A stretch of 64,000 nucleotides of DNA, taken from IMG/VR virus record IMGVR_UViG_3300045988_131014, positions 32,001-96,000 of that record. The stretch is one strand, 5' to 3'. The first letter of the stretch is position 1. Every line of letters starts with the position of its first letter. Positions 1 through 7,426 of the stretch are shown here, piece after piece. The notes under the pieces are model-generated. The model did not search any database and was not told the origin of the DNA. It saw only the letters and a list, made by a program, of their open reading frames with translations. The DNA is from a virus. A program made the translations under genes and the position numbers.

Positions 1-2
1 AT

Positions 3-725
3 TTGAAAACTAAAGAACAGAATGGTATGTCACCAACCACATTGGAAACTAGAAAGCATATGATAAGTAGCTTTTGGGATTATATGAGTAGAGTAATGGG
101 AGCTGAAATTAAAGATAAATTCTTCAAAGATGTAACATATAAAGGAATTCCATCTGGAAACAATTTAACTAAAAAACTTCCAACAGAAAAACAGCTTAAT
201 GATATGGAAGAGAAAATAATGTGGAAAAAGGATATTCCAGTAAGAAATAGAAATATTGCTATCTTTCGTGTATTAAGAGGAACTGGAATAAGAGAATCTG
301 AACTTGCTGGTTTAGATTTATCTGATTTACATTTGGACGAAGAAATGCCATATATTACTATTCTTGGTAAAGGTGTGTACCGAGAAATGCAAAATAGAGC
401 AGTATATCTTAGCGGATCTGCTCTGAAAGCATTAAGAGAATGGTTAGAATACAGAAGCACCTTAGATAATATTGTAGATACGGAAGCTGTGTTTGTAAAT
501 AAAAATGGCACACGTACAACGGAAAGAAATATCAAACAGATATTTGAGAATTATGGAAATGGTATTACTCCACATATGATGCGACATTATTATGCTAGTA
601 TAATGAACAGAAATGGAAATCTTGCATTTGTTCAGCAGCAGTTGGGGCATAGTAGTGTAAATACAACAGTTAATAATTATGCAAACGGAGCTGTTGGTAT
701 GAGAGAAAAATTAATGGAGATGTGA
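3..725 (+). CDS. tyrosine recombinase/integrase (XerC/D-like), possibly 5'-truncated by the window edge
   Basis: ORF open from window start; Arg box GTGIRESEL, HMMRHYYAS (HxxR) and LGHSSVNTTVNNY (catalytic Tyr) as in tyrosine recombinases. Confidence 0.85.
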   Translation: MKTKEQNGMSPTTLETRKHMISSFWDYMSRVMGAEIKDKFFKDVTYKGIPSGNNLTKKLPTEKQLNDMEEKIMWKKDIPVRNRNIAIFRVLRGTGIRESELAGLDLSDLHLDEEMPYITILGKGVYREMQNRAVYLSGSALKALREWLEYRSTLDNIVDTEAVFVNKNGTRTTERNIKQIFENYGNGITPHMMRHYYASIMNRNGNLAFVQQQLGHSSVNTTVNNYANGAVGMREKLMEM

Positions 726-732
726 TTTGATT

Positions 733-927
733 ATGGTTGAATATATTGGGAAGAAAATCAGAACTGAAAATAAAATAACAGTAAGAGGGCTTGCGAAAAT
801 GGCTGATATTGCACCAAGTACAATTAGCAAATGGGAAAATGGAAGTGCTGTTCCTGATTTAGCTGTATTGGATTTGGTTGCCAAAGCTATGAAAGTGAAT
901 CCGTTTGATTTGGTTAAATTTGTGTAA
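733..927 (+). CDS. XRE-family helix-turn-helix transcriptional regulator
   Basis: ITVRGLAKMADIAPSTISKWENGSAVPDL matches the XRE/Cro-type HTH; frame opens at TTG 727, first ATG at 733. Confidence 0.8.
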   Translation: MVEYIGKKIRTENKITVRGLAKMADIAPSTISKWENGSAVPDLAVLDLVAKAMKVNPFDLVKFV

Positions 928-935
928 TATGTATA

Positions 936-956
936 CGACACTAATTTTTAGTGTCG
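936..956. terminator. hairpin between convergent XRE and RHH genes (possible bidirectional terminator)
   Basis: CGACACT-aattttt-AGTGTCG, 7-bp stem; overlaps the 3' end of the minus-strand RHH gene. Confidence 0.45.
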
Positions 957-1114
957 CTGTGAACTTTGTTAACTTCGTTTGTTACGAGATTTCGAATCCA
1001 CCCAGATAAGGTTCGCCCATCTGTACATGCAATTTTTTCAGCCTTTGCTTTAACGTCTCTTGATAAGACAACCATTACTCTTGTGTTCTCTGGTTTGATT
1101 TTACCTTGTGGCAT
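941..1114 (-). CDS. ribbon-helix-helix (CopG/Arc-like) DNA-binding protein, 57 aa
   Basis: Hand translation: MPQGKIKPENTRVMVVLSRDVKAKAEKIACTDGRTLSGWIRNLVTNEVNKVHSDTKN. It has the beta-strand/helix/helix pattern and an AAGGAG RBS upstream. It is below the 60-aa cutoff of the ORF track. Confidence 0.7.
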   Translation of the reverse strand: MPQGKIKPENTRVMVVLSRDVKAKAEKIACTDGRTLSGWIRNLVTNEVNKVHSDTKN

Positions 1115-1146
1115 ATTATCTTCTCCTTTATCATTTTATAAACTAT

Positions 1147-1175
1147 ATTATAAGTTGTTGTAAACTGTATGTCAA
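1147..1175 (-). promoter_or_regulatory. consensus sigma-A-type promoter driving the RHH gene
   Basis: Minus strand reads TTGACA, 17 nt, TATAAT (rc of 1170-1175 and 1147-1152). Confidence 0.6.
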
Positions 1176-1202
1176 TTATTTTAAAAAACTGGCATAAACC
1201 TA

Positions 1203-1231
1203 TTGACAAGTTGTCATCAACTTGCTATAAT
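1203..1231 (+). promoter_or_regulatory. consensus sigma-A-type promoter with palindromic operator in the spacer, upstream of mazF-like gene
   Basis: TTGACA (1203-1208), 17 nt, TATAAT (1226-1231); the spacer contains the inverted repeat CAAGTTG-tcat-CAACTTG. Confidence 0.65.
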
Positions 1232-1300
1232 GCGAAGCATAAGAAGTAAACAAAAGATAAAAACGTAGGACATTACATAAGAAGAAAGGAGGTAAAAGGA

Positions 1301-1666
1301 ATGACTGTAAACTTTGGGGATGTTATGATGATTGACTTTGGAGAAGACAATATTAATTCAGTTCAAGTAGGAGTAAGACCAGATGTGATCATTCAGAACG
1401 ACATCGGGAACAAATATTCTCCAACCTCAATAGCTGTTCCTTTGACCAGTGAAATCAAGAAATTAAATATGCCATGTCATAAAGTCCTACATATGAATGA
1501 ACAAAATGGCTTGACGGAAGATTCAATGGTGCTTGGAGAGCAAGTAAGGGTAATTGACAAAAATTCGATATTATACAAAATGGGCACTTTAAACGATGGT
1601 GAATGTGATCTTGTCGTTAAAGCATATTTTGCAAATGTACCTAGAAGGAGGGTTAGTTGTGGCTGA
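1301..1666 (+). CDS. mazF: MazF/PemK (EndoA-like) endoribonuclease toxin
   Basis: GVRPDVIIQNDIGNKYSPTSIAVPLTSEIKKLNMPCH closely parallels the Bacillus EndoA core GGVRPVLVIQNDIGNRFSPT..LPTH; AAGGAGG RBS. Confidence 0.85.
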   Translation: MTVNFGDVMMIDFGEDNINSVQVGVRPDVIIQNDIGNKYSPTSIAVPLTSEIKKLNMPCHKVLHMNEQNGLTEDSMVLGEQVRVIDKNSILYKMGTLNDGECDLVVKAYFANVPRRRVSCG

Positions 1667-1961
1667 ATATAAGACTATCACAAAGAAAGAATTGACAGAA
1701 TTGCTTGATAAATATCCAGAAGATGAAGAGTTCAATATTATCCAAACTCAACTTGGAATGACAATTATTCCATTAGGAGGGCGGATAGCAAATAAGGTAG
1801 ACATTTTGGAAATTGCAAATGCAGCAAAAACAATGATTTATTCAGAGAATAAATTCATGTCACAAGTTGACATGCACAGTGTAAGGCAAGATATATTTAA
1901 TATAGAAAGAAATGGTGTAATGAATACGTTACTACTGCCGAGATTTTCTAATAAAGAATAA
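1659..1961 (+). CDS. hypothetical protein, translationally coupled to mazF-like gene (candidate cognate antitoxin)
   Basis: GTG 1659 lies behind AGGAGGG and overlaps the mazF stop (GTGGCTGA); the longer ORF-track start at 1596 lies inside mazF. Confidence 0.5.
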   Translation: MAEYKTITKKELTELLDKYPEDEEFNIIQTQLGMTIIPLGGRIANKVDILEIANAAKTMIYSENKFMSQVDMHSVRQDIFNIERNGVMNTLLLPRFSNKE

Positions 1962-2042
1962 TTTTAGTGTCCTGATTATAGGACACCATACATATTAAAA
2001 TGCAAACATGAACAAGAAATCGAACAAGTGTTTGTTTTATAC

Positions 2043-2071
2043 TTGACACAAACATATGTTTGGACTATGAT
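2043..2071 (+). promoter_or_regulatory. sigma-A-type promoter upstream of the tRNA locus
   Basis: TTGACA (2043-2048), 17 nt, TATGAT (2066-2071). Confidence 0.55.
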
Positions 2072-2103
2072 TATTATTGTAAGAGAAATAATGGAAATAA
2101 AAA

Positions 2104-2208
2104 CAGTCCGAATGACGTGGCTGCAACCACATATGTCATTCAGACTGTAACTCAACCAACCAAGATTAAGTCATTACATATTTTGGCATAATTTTCCAGT
2201 TATGTCAA
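2104..2208 (+). ncRNA. structured leader upstream of tRNA-Gln (two long hairpins), function unknown
   Basis: Hairpin 2104-2147 (13-bp outer stem plus GTGG/CCAC inner stem) and hairpin 2183-2208 (TTGGCATAA/TTATGTCAA); no ORF. Confidence 0.3.
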
Positions 2209-2265
2209 GTTCAGTATGGCTAAAATCATAGCCTGTTTCCAATATTTTATCAAAATTTAATATTT

Positions 2266-2338
2266 AGGGCATTCGCCAAGCGGTAAGGCACAGGAATTTG
2301 ATTCCTGCATTACATCAGTTCGAATCTGATATGCCCTG
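2266..2338 (+). tRNA. tRNA-Gln (anticodon UUG)
   Basis: Cloverleaf folded by hand: acceptor AGGGCAT/ATGCCCT, D region TCGCCAAGCGGTAAGGCA as in bacterial tRNA-Gln, anticodon arm CAGGA-ATTTGAT-TCCTG, T arm ATCAG-TTCGAAT-CTGAT. Confidence 0.8.
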
Positions 2339-2494
2339 CTTTGTGACATTCCACCCGGTATGTTACAGAACGCAAGTGATTTCCTTGTAAGAGCAAAATG
2401 TGTAGTTGCTATAGTTCTACCATAGTCTAATCCACTAACGGATTACAAGCTGATACTATACTTCCTGATAAACTTGCGATAGTGTCAGCGACTT

Positions 2495-2568
2495 GGATCA
2501 TTAGCACAATTGGTTAGTGCATTCGGCTCATAACCGAAAGGCTCAGAGTTCAAGTCTCTGATGATCCA
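2495..2568 (+). tRNA. tRNA with CAU anticodon (elongator Met or Ile2)
   Basis: Acceptor GGATCAT/ATGATCC, D arm GCAC-AATTGGTTA-GTGC, anticodon arm TTCGG-CTCATAA-CCGAA, T arm CAGAG-TTCAAGT-CTCTG; lacks initiator hallmarks. Confidence 0.85.
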
Positions 2569-2593
2569 TTGCTAAATCAAACAAAGAGAGGAG

Positions 2594-3211
2594 ATGATTA
2601 CGTTGGCACAATATGTAATTACAGACGGTTCTCGTTGGATTATGAGAAATCGTAATGGTAAATATGTTCCAACATCTTACGAAGCATTGGCTGATATATT
2701 TTCAAATAAAGTAGCCAATAATCTATATAATAACTCGCTACCCAAAGCCTTGAAATCAGTATTTCATATCCAGAAAATTGATACCCCACCCGATAATATA
2801 AAGCAGATTACACAATCAGAAGTGGAAAATAATACCGAAAAAGTTATGGTTGCTGAAAATATCCAGAAATGGATTGACAAAATAACTGATCTTAATGGAT
2901 TAGCAACAGATGCATTACATAGAAAAGAAGAGTTGTGTGAAGAACTTAGCTTTGTAGACATGGAATTATCCGATATCAATCATTATATAGAATTTTGCAA
3001 TCTTAATGCAGCACAGGGATGGAAAGCATATAAGATGATAAAGGAACGGAGGATAAAAAGAAGAAGTATCAAAAATGAGATACAAATTCTTAACATTATT
3101 CTTGATAAAAAGATTTCTGACACAGTTACAAATGAGATTTTGGAGTCCATGTCGAAAATGGATAAGCGTACATATGAACCACGAGTAATGAACGAGCTGT
3201 TTGATTTGTAA
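2594..3211 (+). CDS. hypothetical phage protein
   Basis: Long ORF on the coding strand with an AGAGGAG RBS; in-frame TTG 2603 is an alternative start; no recognisable motif. Confidence 0.6.
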   Translation: MITLAQYVITDGSRWIMRNRNGKYVPTSYEALADIFSNKVANNLYNNSLPKALKSVFHIQKIDTPPDNIKQITQSEVENNTEKVMVAENIQKWIDKITDLNGLATDALHRKEELCEELSFVDMELSDINHYIEFCNLNAAQGWKAYKMIKERRIKRRSIKNEIQILNIILDKKISDTVTNEILESMSKMDKRTYEPRVMNELFDL

Positions 3212-3226
3212 AGGAAGGATATACAT

Positions 3227-3406
3227 ATGGTGATTTGTAAAAATTGTTACATTCCGATGATTGGAGTTATGTCGTTTTCAAAGGACAAGCATGAGAAATT
3301 CTGTCGCTGTCCTAAGTGTATGGCAGAAACAAGACATACAAAATTAGACGATTCTGGATTAAATTTTGGAGAATATTTACATAGAGAGATTAAGAAGGGG
3401 AACTAA
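3227..3406 (+). CDS. small zinc-ribbon protein, 59 aa
   Basis: Hand translation MVICKNCYIPM...FCRCPKCMAETRH with two CxxC pairs; AAGGAAGG RBS; below the ORF-track cutoff. Confidence 0.55.
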   Translation: MVICKNCYIPMIGVMSFSKDKHEKFCRCPKCMAETRHTKLDDSGLNFGEYLHREIKKGN

Positions 3407-3413
3407 TTACATA

Positions 3414-3974
3414 ATGGAAATTCAAGAAATGTTGGAGTGGTACTGTGATCATAACATGTACCATTTAAAGAAAATGTGCTATCCAATGTTAATAAAAATC
3501 GGTGGTATATCAAGCAAAGATTATGATGATTTCTATTCTATTGCATTAAGCGTTTTGGCAGATGTCGCTTTAAAATACGATGAAGATAATGATTGTGATT
3601 TTGATGGTTTTTTGGCGAGCTGTATTAATAGAAAATTTAAGACAGAAATCCGTGACCGTAATCGAAAAAAACAAATACCGGCAAAGAAGTTAGAGAGTAC
3701 AAGTAATCTTGTTACAGAAGATGGACTGGAACTTGGAGAAACCATTCCATCAAAGTTTGATACATATGAAGCTGCTTGTGAATATTTGTTTGAAGGTACT
3801 AAGATTCAAAGATATTTGGATAAGTTATCATATACGCAACGCAAAATCGTTTCGCTGTTATCTGATGGATATAAGGCAAAGGAAATCAGAGAATTATTAC
3901 ATATGGATAGCAAACAATATTCTAATAATCTTGCAGCTATTCAAGCATATGAAAATGTAAAAATTTTAATGTAA
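3414..3974 (+). CDS. phage-encoded sigma-70-family (ECF-like) RNA polymerase sigma factor
   Basis: Region-2-like FYSIALSVLADVALKY..FDGFLASCINRKFKTEIRDRNRKKQ and region-4 HTH YTQRKIVSLLSDGYKAKEIRELLHM; start placed at ATG 3414 after the preceding small gene. Confidence 0.7.
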   Translation: MEIQEMLEWYCDHNMYHLKKMCYPMLIKIGGISSKDYDDFYSIALSVLADVALKYDEDNDCDFDGFLASCINRKFKTEIRDRNRKKQIPAKKLESTSNLVTEDGLELGETIPSKFDTYEAACEYLFEGTKIQRYLDKLSYTQRKIVSLLSDGYKAKEIRELLHMDSKQYSNNLAAIQAYENVKILM

Positions 3975-3993
3975 ACATAAGGAGGAAATAGTC

Positions 3994-5430
3994 ATGGCAA
4001 ACAAAGTAAGAGAAGAAAATATCCCATTAATTAACTATACCAATGAGGTAAAAGATGAAGATGTTAGTGATAATCAGGACGTACAGAGATATTTCTGTAG
4101 TGACAAGCCATTTGTTAATGGAATTGGCGTTACGATTTTAACTGGTGACTATCTTCCACCTTTAATTTTAGCTGAAGTTCCATTAAATGAAGATATCGTA
4201 CAGAAATATATTGTGGATGGTCTTCAGAGAACAACCGCATTAATGCAGATTAGATACGGAAATCATAAATTTACTGGTGCTATTGAAGATAGTGAAATTG
4301 AGTACCAAGAAAAACAGGTAGATGAAAATGGAAAATTCTTAAAAGATGATGACGGGAATTTTGTATGGGAAAAGAAAACATTTGATATTAAAAATAAAAC
4401 ATATGATGATTTTCCAAAAGAACTGAAGAAGCGTTTTGACAATTATCAGCTCAGAATTGCCACATATCAAAATTGTGATATGAAAAAGGTAAGCAAATTG
4501 GTAAGAAAGCTGAATGTACAAAGAGGAATGAATACAAGTCAGAGAGCATTGACTTGGATTCCTACATATGCAAGAAAAATTAAAAATATTGCTGATGAAG
4601 GATTTTTTAAAAATAGTATTGAGTATTCTGACACTGCCAGAAAAAATGGAGAATATATGCAGAGCGTATGCCGATCTGTTATGAATGTTTTTCATTTTGA
4701 TGACTACAAACGTGGTGCAAAAGAAATATGTGATTATCTCGAAGATAATAGTAACATTGAAGAATTCAATACAGTCCATGAATATTTTCAAAGAATCGAA
4801 GCAGCTTGTAAAGATACTTGTAAAGATATTCTTGTCAAAAAAGATATTCCTGTATGGCTGACAGTATTCAGTAGATTTGTAAAATGTGGTTTAGAAGATA
4901 GCAAGTTTGCAGATTTTATTCATGAGTTATCAGGAAAATTACATAGTATTGATGTTAATGGTGTCAGTTACGATTCGTTAAATAAAGAGTCTGGTACTAC
5001 AGACAAAAAACTTGTAGTTGCTAAAATTAATACATATACAGCTTTGATGAACGATTTTTTACATTTTGATATAACAGAAACAAGTAGCACAGAAGTAGAG
5101 AATAACAATACAGAAGAAAATGCTGAAGATAATACGGAAGAAAGTGTTCTTTCCTTTGTTCAAGAAAATGCAAATCCAAATGTGACAGACGAAGATATAA
5201 ACCTTTACACAGACATGGTAGAAGATTGTGTTAAGATTGACGATCCAGTTTATAAAGAGTGTGGAATGGCATTAGTAGCACTCATGGCATATGCTTGTCA
5301 AAATGATAAGGATCAGGATTTTGAAAAATGGATTGAGAATTACAGAAATAAATCTGATTTTAGTTCATCACAGAAAGTTAATTATACATATATGAAACGC
5401 AGCTTTGATAATTTTATAGCAAATGCGTAA
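3994..5430 (+). CDS. DUF262/ParB-like (GmrSD N-terminal type) domain protein with acidic low-complexity insert
   Basis: YIVDGLQRTTALMQI resembles the DGQQR motif of DUF262; AAGGAGG RBS; the C-terminal part is unassigned. Confidence 0.55.
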   Translation: MANKVREENIPLINYTNEVKDEDVSDNQDVQRYFCSDKPFVNGIGVTILTGDYLPPLILAEVPLNEDIVQKYIVDGLQRTTALMQIRYGNHKFTGAIEDSEIEYQEKQVDENGKFLKDDDGNFVWEKKTFDIKNKTYDDFPKELKKRFDNYQLRIATYQNCDMKKVSKLVRKLNVQRGMNTSQRALTWIPTYARKIKNIADEGFFKNSIEYSDTARKNGEYMQSVCRSVMNVFHFDDYKRGAKEICDYLEDNSNIEEFNTVHEYFQRIEAACKDTCKDILVKKDIPVWLTVFSRFVKCGLEDSKFADFIHELSGKLHSIDVNGVSYDSLNKESGTTDKKLVVAKINTYTALMNDFLHFDITETSSTEVENNNTEENAEDNTEESVLSFVQENANPNVTDEDINLYTDMVEDCVKIDDPVYKECGMALVALMAYACQNDKDQDFEKWIENYRNKSDFSSSQKVNYTYMKRSFDNFIANA

Positions 5431-5702
5431 TCAATTTGGTAATAAGCAATAGCTTTTACATAAAAGATGGGCAACGATATGTCGTGAAGTTGCTGTTGCC
5501 CATCTCGCATATCAACTAGGAATAATCCAGAAGTCGATATACATATATAGTATCTCATTTCTATGGCTGAATCAATATCCAAATGACATTCTTCTCGTTC
5601 TGAGTTGGATTATTCCATTATTAAAAATGGTAAATGAACAGAAATTAAAATAGAAATATCAAAATAAAGTTCGATTTCTTTGGAAAATGAAAGGAGAAAA
5701 AT

Positions 5703-6084
5703 ATGATTACAAAGACATTATATACTTGTCAGTTCTGTAATACTGATTATACAAAGAAATGAAAAAGCAATTGAACATGGTAAAATCGCTAAACATTCAA
5801 TGCATTTGATTCGTCTGTATATGATGTGTTTGGATATTCTTGAAAAAGAGAGAATAATCACGTATAGAGAAGACGAACATGATTTACTTATGGATATTCG
5901 TAATGGTAAGTATTTGGATAGCAACGATCAGCCAATCCCAGAATTCTTTGAAATGGTAAATGATTATGAAAAGAGATTGGATTATGCGAAGAAGAACACA
6001 AATCTTCCTGATAATCCTAATTATAAGGCTATCAATGAATTTGTTGCTAGTGTAAATGAAAGGGTGGTAAAAGGTGAAATCTAA
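5703..6084 (+). pseudogene. remnant of an RlaP-like (Pol-beta superfamily) nucleotidyltransferase: C-terminal domain only, joined out of frame to a 19-codon CxxC ORF
   Basis: ATG 5703 gives MITKTLYTCQFCNTDYTKK then TGA 5760. The +1 frame continues EKAIEHGKIAKHSMHLIRLYMMCLDILEKERIITYRED..IRNGKY, typical of the C-terminal half of this family. No N-terminal NTase domain is present upstream. Confidence 0.45.
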
Positions 6085-7426
6085 TCTAAAAATTGAAATT
6101 CCATATGGTGCAAATGAAATTATTCATACCTTACAGAATAATGGATATGAAGCTTTCTTAGTTGGAGGGTGCGTAAGAGACAGTATCCTTGGAAGACCAA
6201 TTCACGATTATGACATTACAACTTCTGCCACACCAGATGAAATGATGGAAGTATTCAAGGACAAGAGAATTATTGAAACTGGTTTGCAACATGGAACTAT
6301 TACCATTGTAATTGACGGTGATGGATATGAATGTACCACTTACAGAATTGACGGTAATTACTCAGATAGTCGTAGACCTGATAGTGTAACATTTACACGA
6401 AATCTTAAAGAAGATTTAAAGCGTAGAGATTTTACAATCAATGCAATGGCATATAATGATGAAGTTGGTCTTGTAGATCCGTTTAATGGTATGGAAGATA
6501 TTAAATACCACAAGATTAGATGTGTTGGTAGAGCAGAAGACAGATTTTCAGAAGATGCATTAAGAATTTTACGTGCTATTCGGTTTGCATCACAGTTGGG
6601 ATTTGTCCTTGAACCTGATACAGATTGGAATATCTCTAAAATGTATAAGAATTTGGAGAATATATCTATTGAAAGGATCAATAGTGAGTTCTGTAAAATT
6701 GCTGCATCGAGTGATTTCTGTGTACAAATGGTCTTATATCACGAAGTATTCTCATTGTTCATTCCTGAAATTAAAGACATGTTTGGCTTTCAACAGAATA
6801 ATCCATATCATATTTATGATGTATGGAATCATACAGTACATGCAATAGAATATTGTGAATCTGATGATTTAGTAACAAGATTAGCTGTGTTCTTTCATGA
6901 CATAGGAAAGCCACGTTGTTATCAAGATAGCGAGGATGGTATTAGACATTTCAAAGGTCATGGAAGAGTCAGTGCTGATATGACTGATAAAATAATGAAG
7001 CGATTAAGATTTGACAATGATACAAGAGAAAAGGTCGTTGAATTAGTCTATTATCATGATGCTACTTTTGAGGTGGGAAAGAAATATATCAAGAGATGGC
7101 TTAATAAAATTGGGGAAGAACAGTTCAGAAGGTTATTAAATGTTCGTAGAGCTGATATTAAAGCACAAGCAGACATTAATCAGGGAACAAGGTTACAGAA
7201 GATTGATAACATCGGATATATTTTAGAAGAAGTCTTACAGGATGATGAATGTTTTTCTCTAAAGGATTTAGCAGTTAATGGAAAGGATTTAATTACTATT
7301 GGATATAAGCCAGGAAAAGAAATTGGTGAGGTATTAAATAATCTGTTGGATTCAGTCATTAGTGGAGAATATATAAATGAGAAAGAAAAACTATTAGAAA
7401 TAGCAGAGAGAAGATTACATGGTTAA
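6074..7426 (+). CDS. cca: CCA-adding tRNA nucleotidyltransferase with HD domain
   Basis: GGCVRDSILGRPIHDYDITT, RRDFTINAMAY, ALRILRAIRFASQLGF and FHDIGKP motifs. Confidence 0.9.
   Translation: MKSNLKIEIPYGANEIIHTLQNNGYEAFLVGGCVRDSILGRPIHDYDITTSATPDEMMEVFKDKRIIETGLQHGTITIVIDGDGYECTTYRIDGNYSDSRRPDSVTFTRNLKEDLKRRDFTINAMAYNDEVGLVDPFNGMEDIKYHKIRCVGRAEDRFSEDALRILRAIRFASQLGFVLEPDTDWNISKMYKNLENISIERINSEFCKIAASSDFCVQMVLYHEVFSLFIPEIKDMFGFQQNNPYHIYDVWNHTVHAIEYCESDDLVTRLAVFFHDIGKPRCYQDSEDGIRHFKGHGRVSADMTDKIMKRLRFDNDTREKVVELVYYHDATFEVGKKYIKRWLNKIGEEQFRRLLNVRRADIKAQADINQGTRLQKIDNIGYILEEVLQDDECFSLKDLAVNGKDLITIGYKPGKEIGEVLNNLLDSVISGEYINEKEKLLEIAERRLHG

Noticed and set aside
2078-2265. T-box or other riboswitch interpretation of the structured leader before tRNA-Gln
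   Set aside because: The downstream genes are tRNAs, not aminoacyl-tRNA-related ORFs. No T-box consensus or terminator/antiterminator pair was recognisable.
2339-2494. Possible third tRNA between tRNA-Gln and tRNA(CAU)
   Set aside because: There is no GTTCNANNC-type T-loop. The central hairpin has a 6-nt loop, and no 7-bp acceptor pairing at tRNA spacing could be found by eye.
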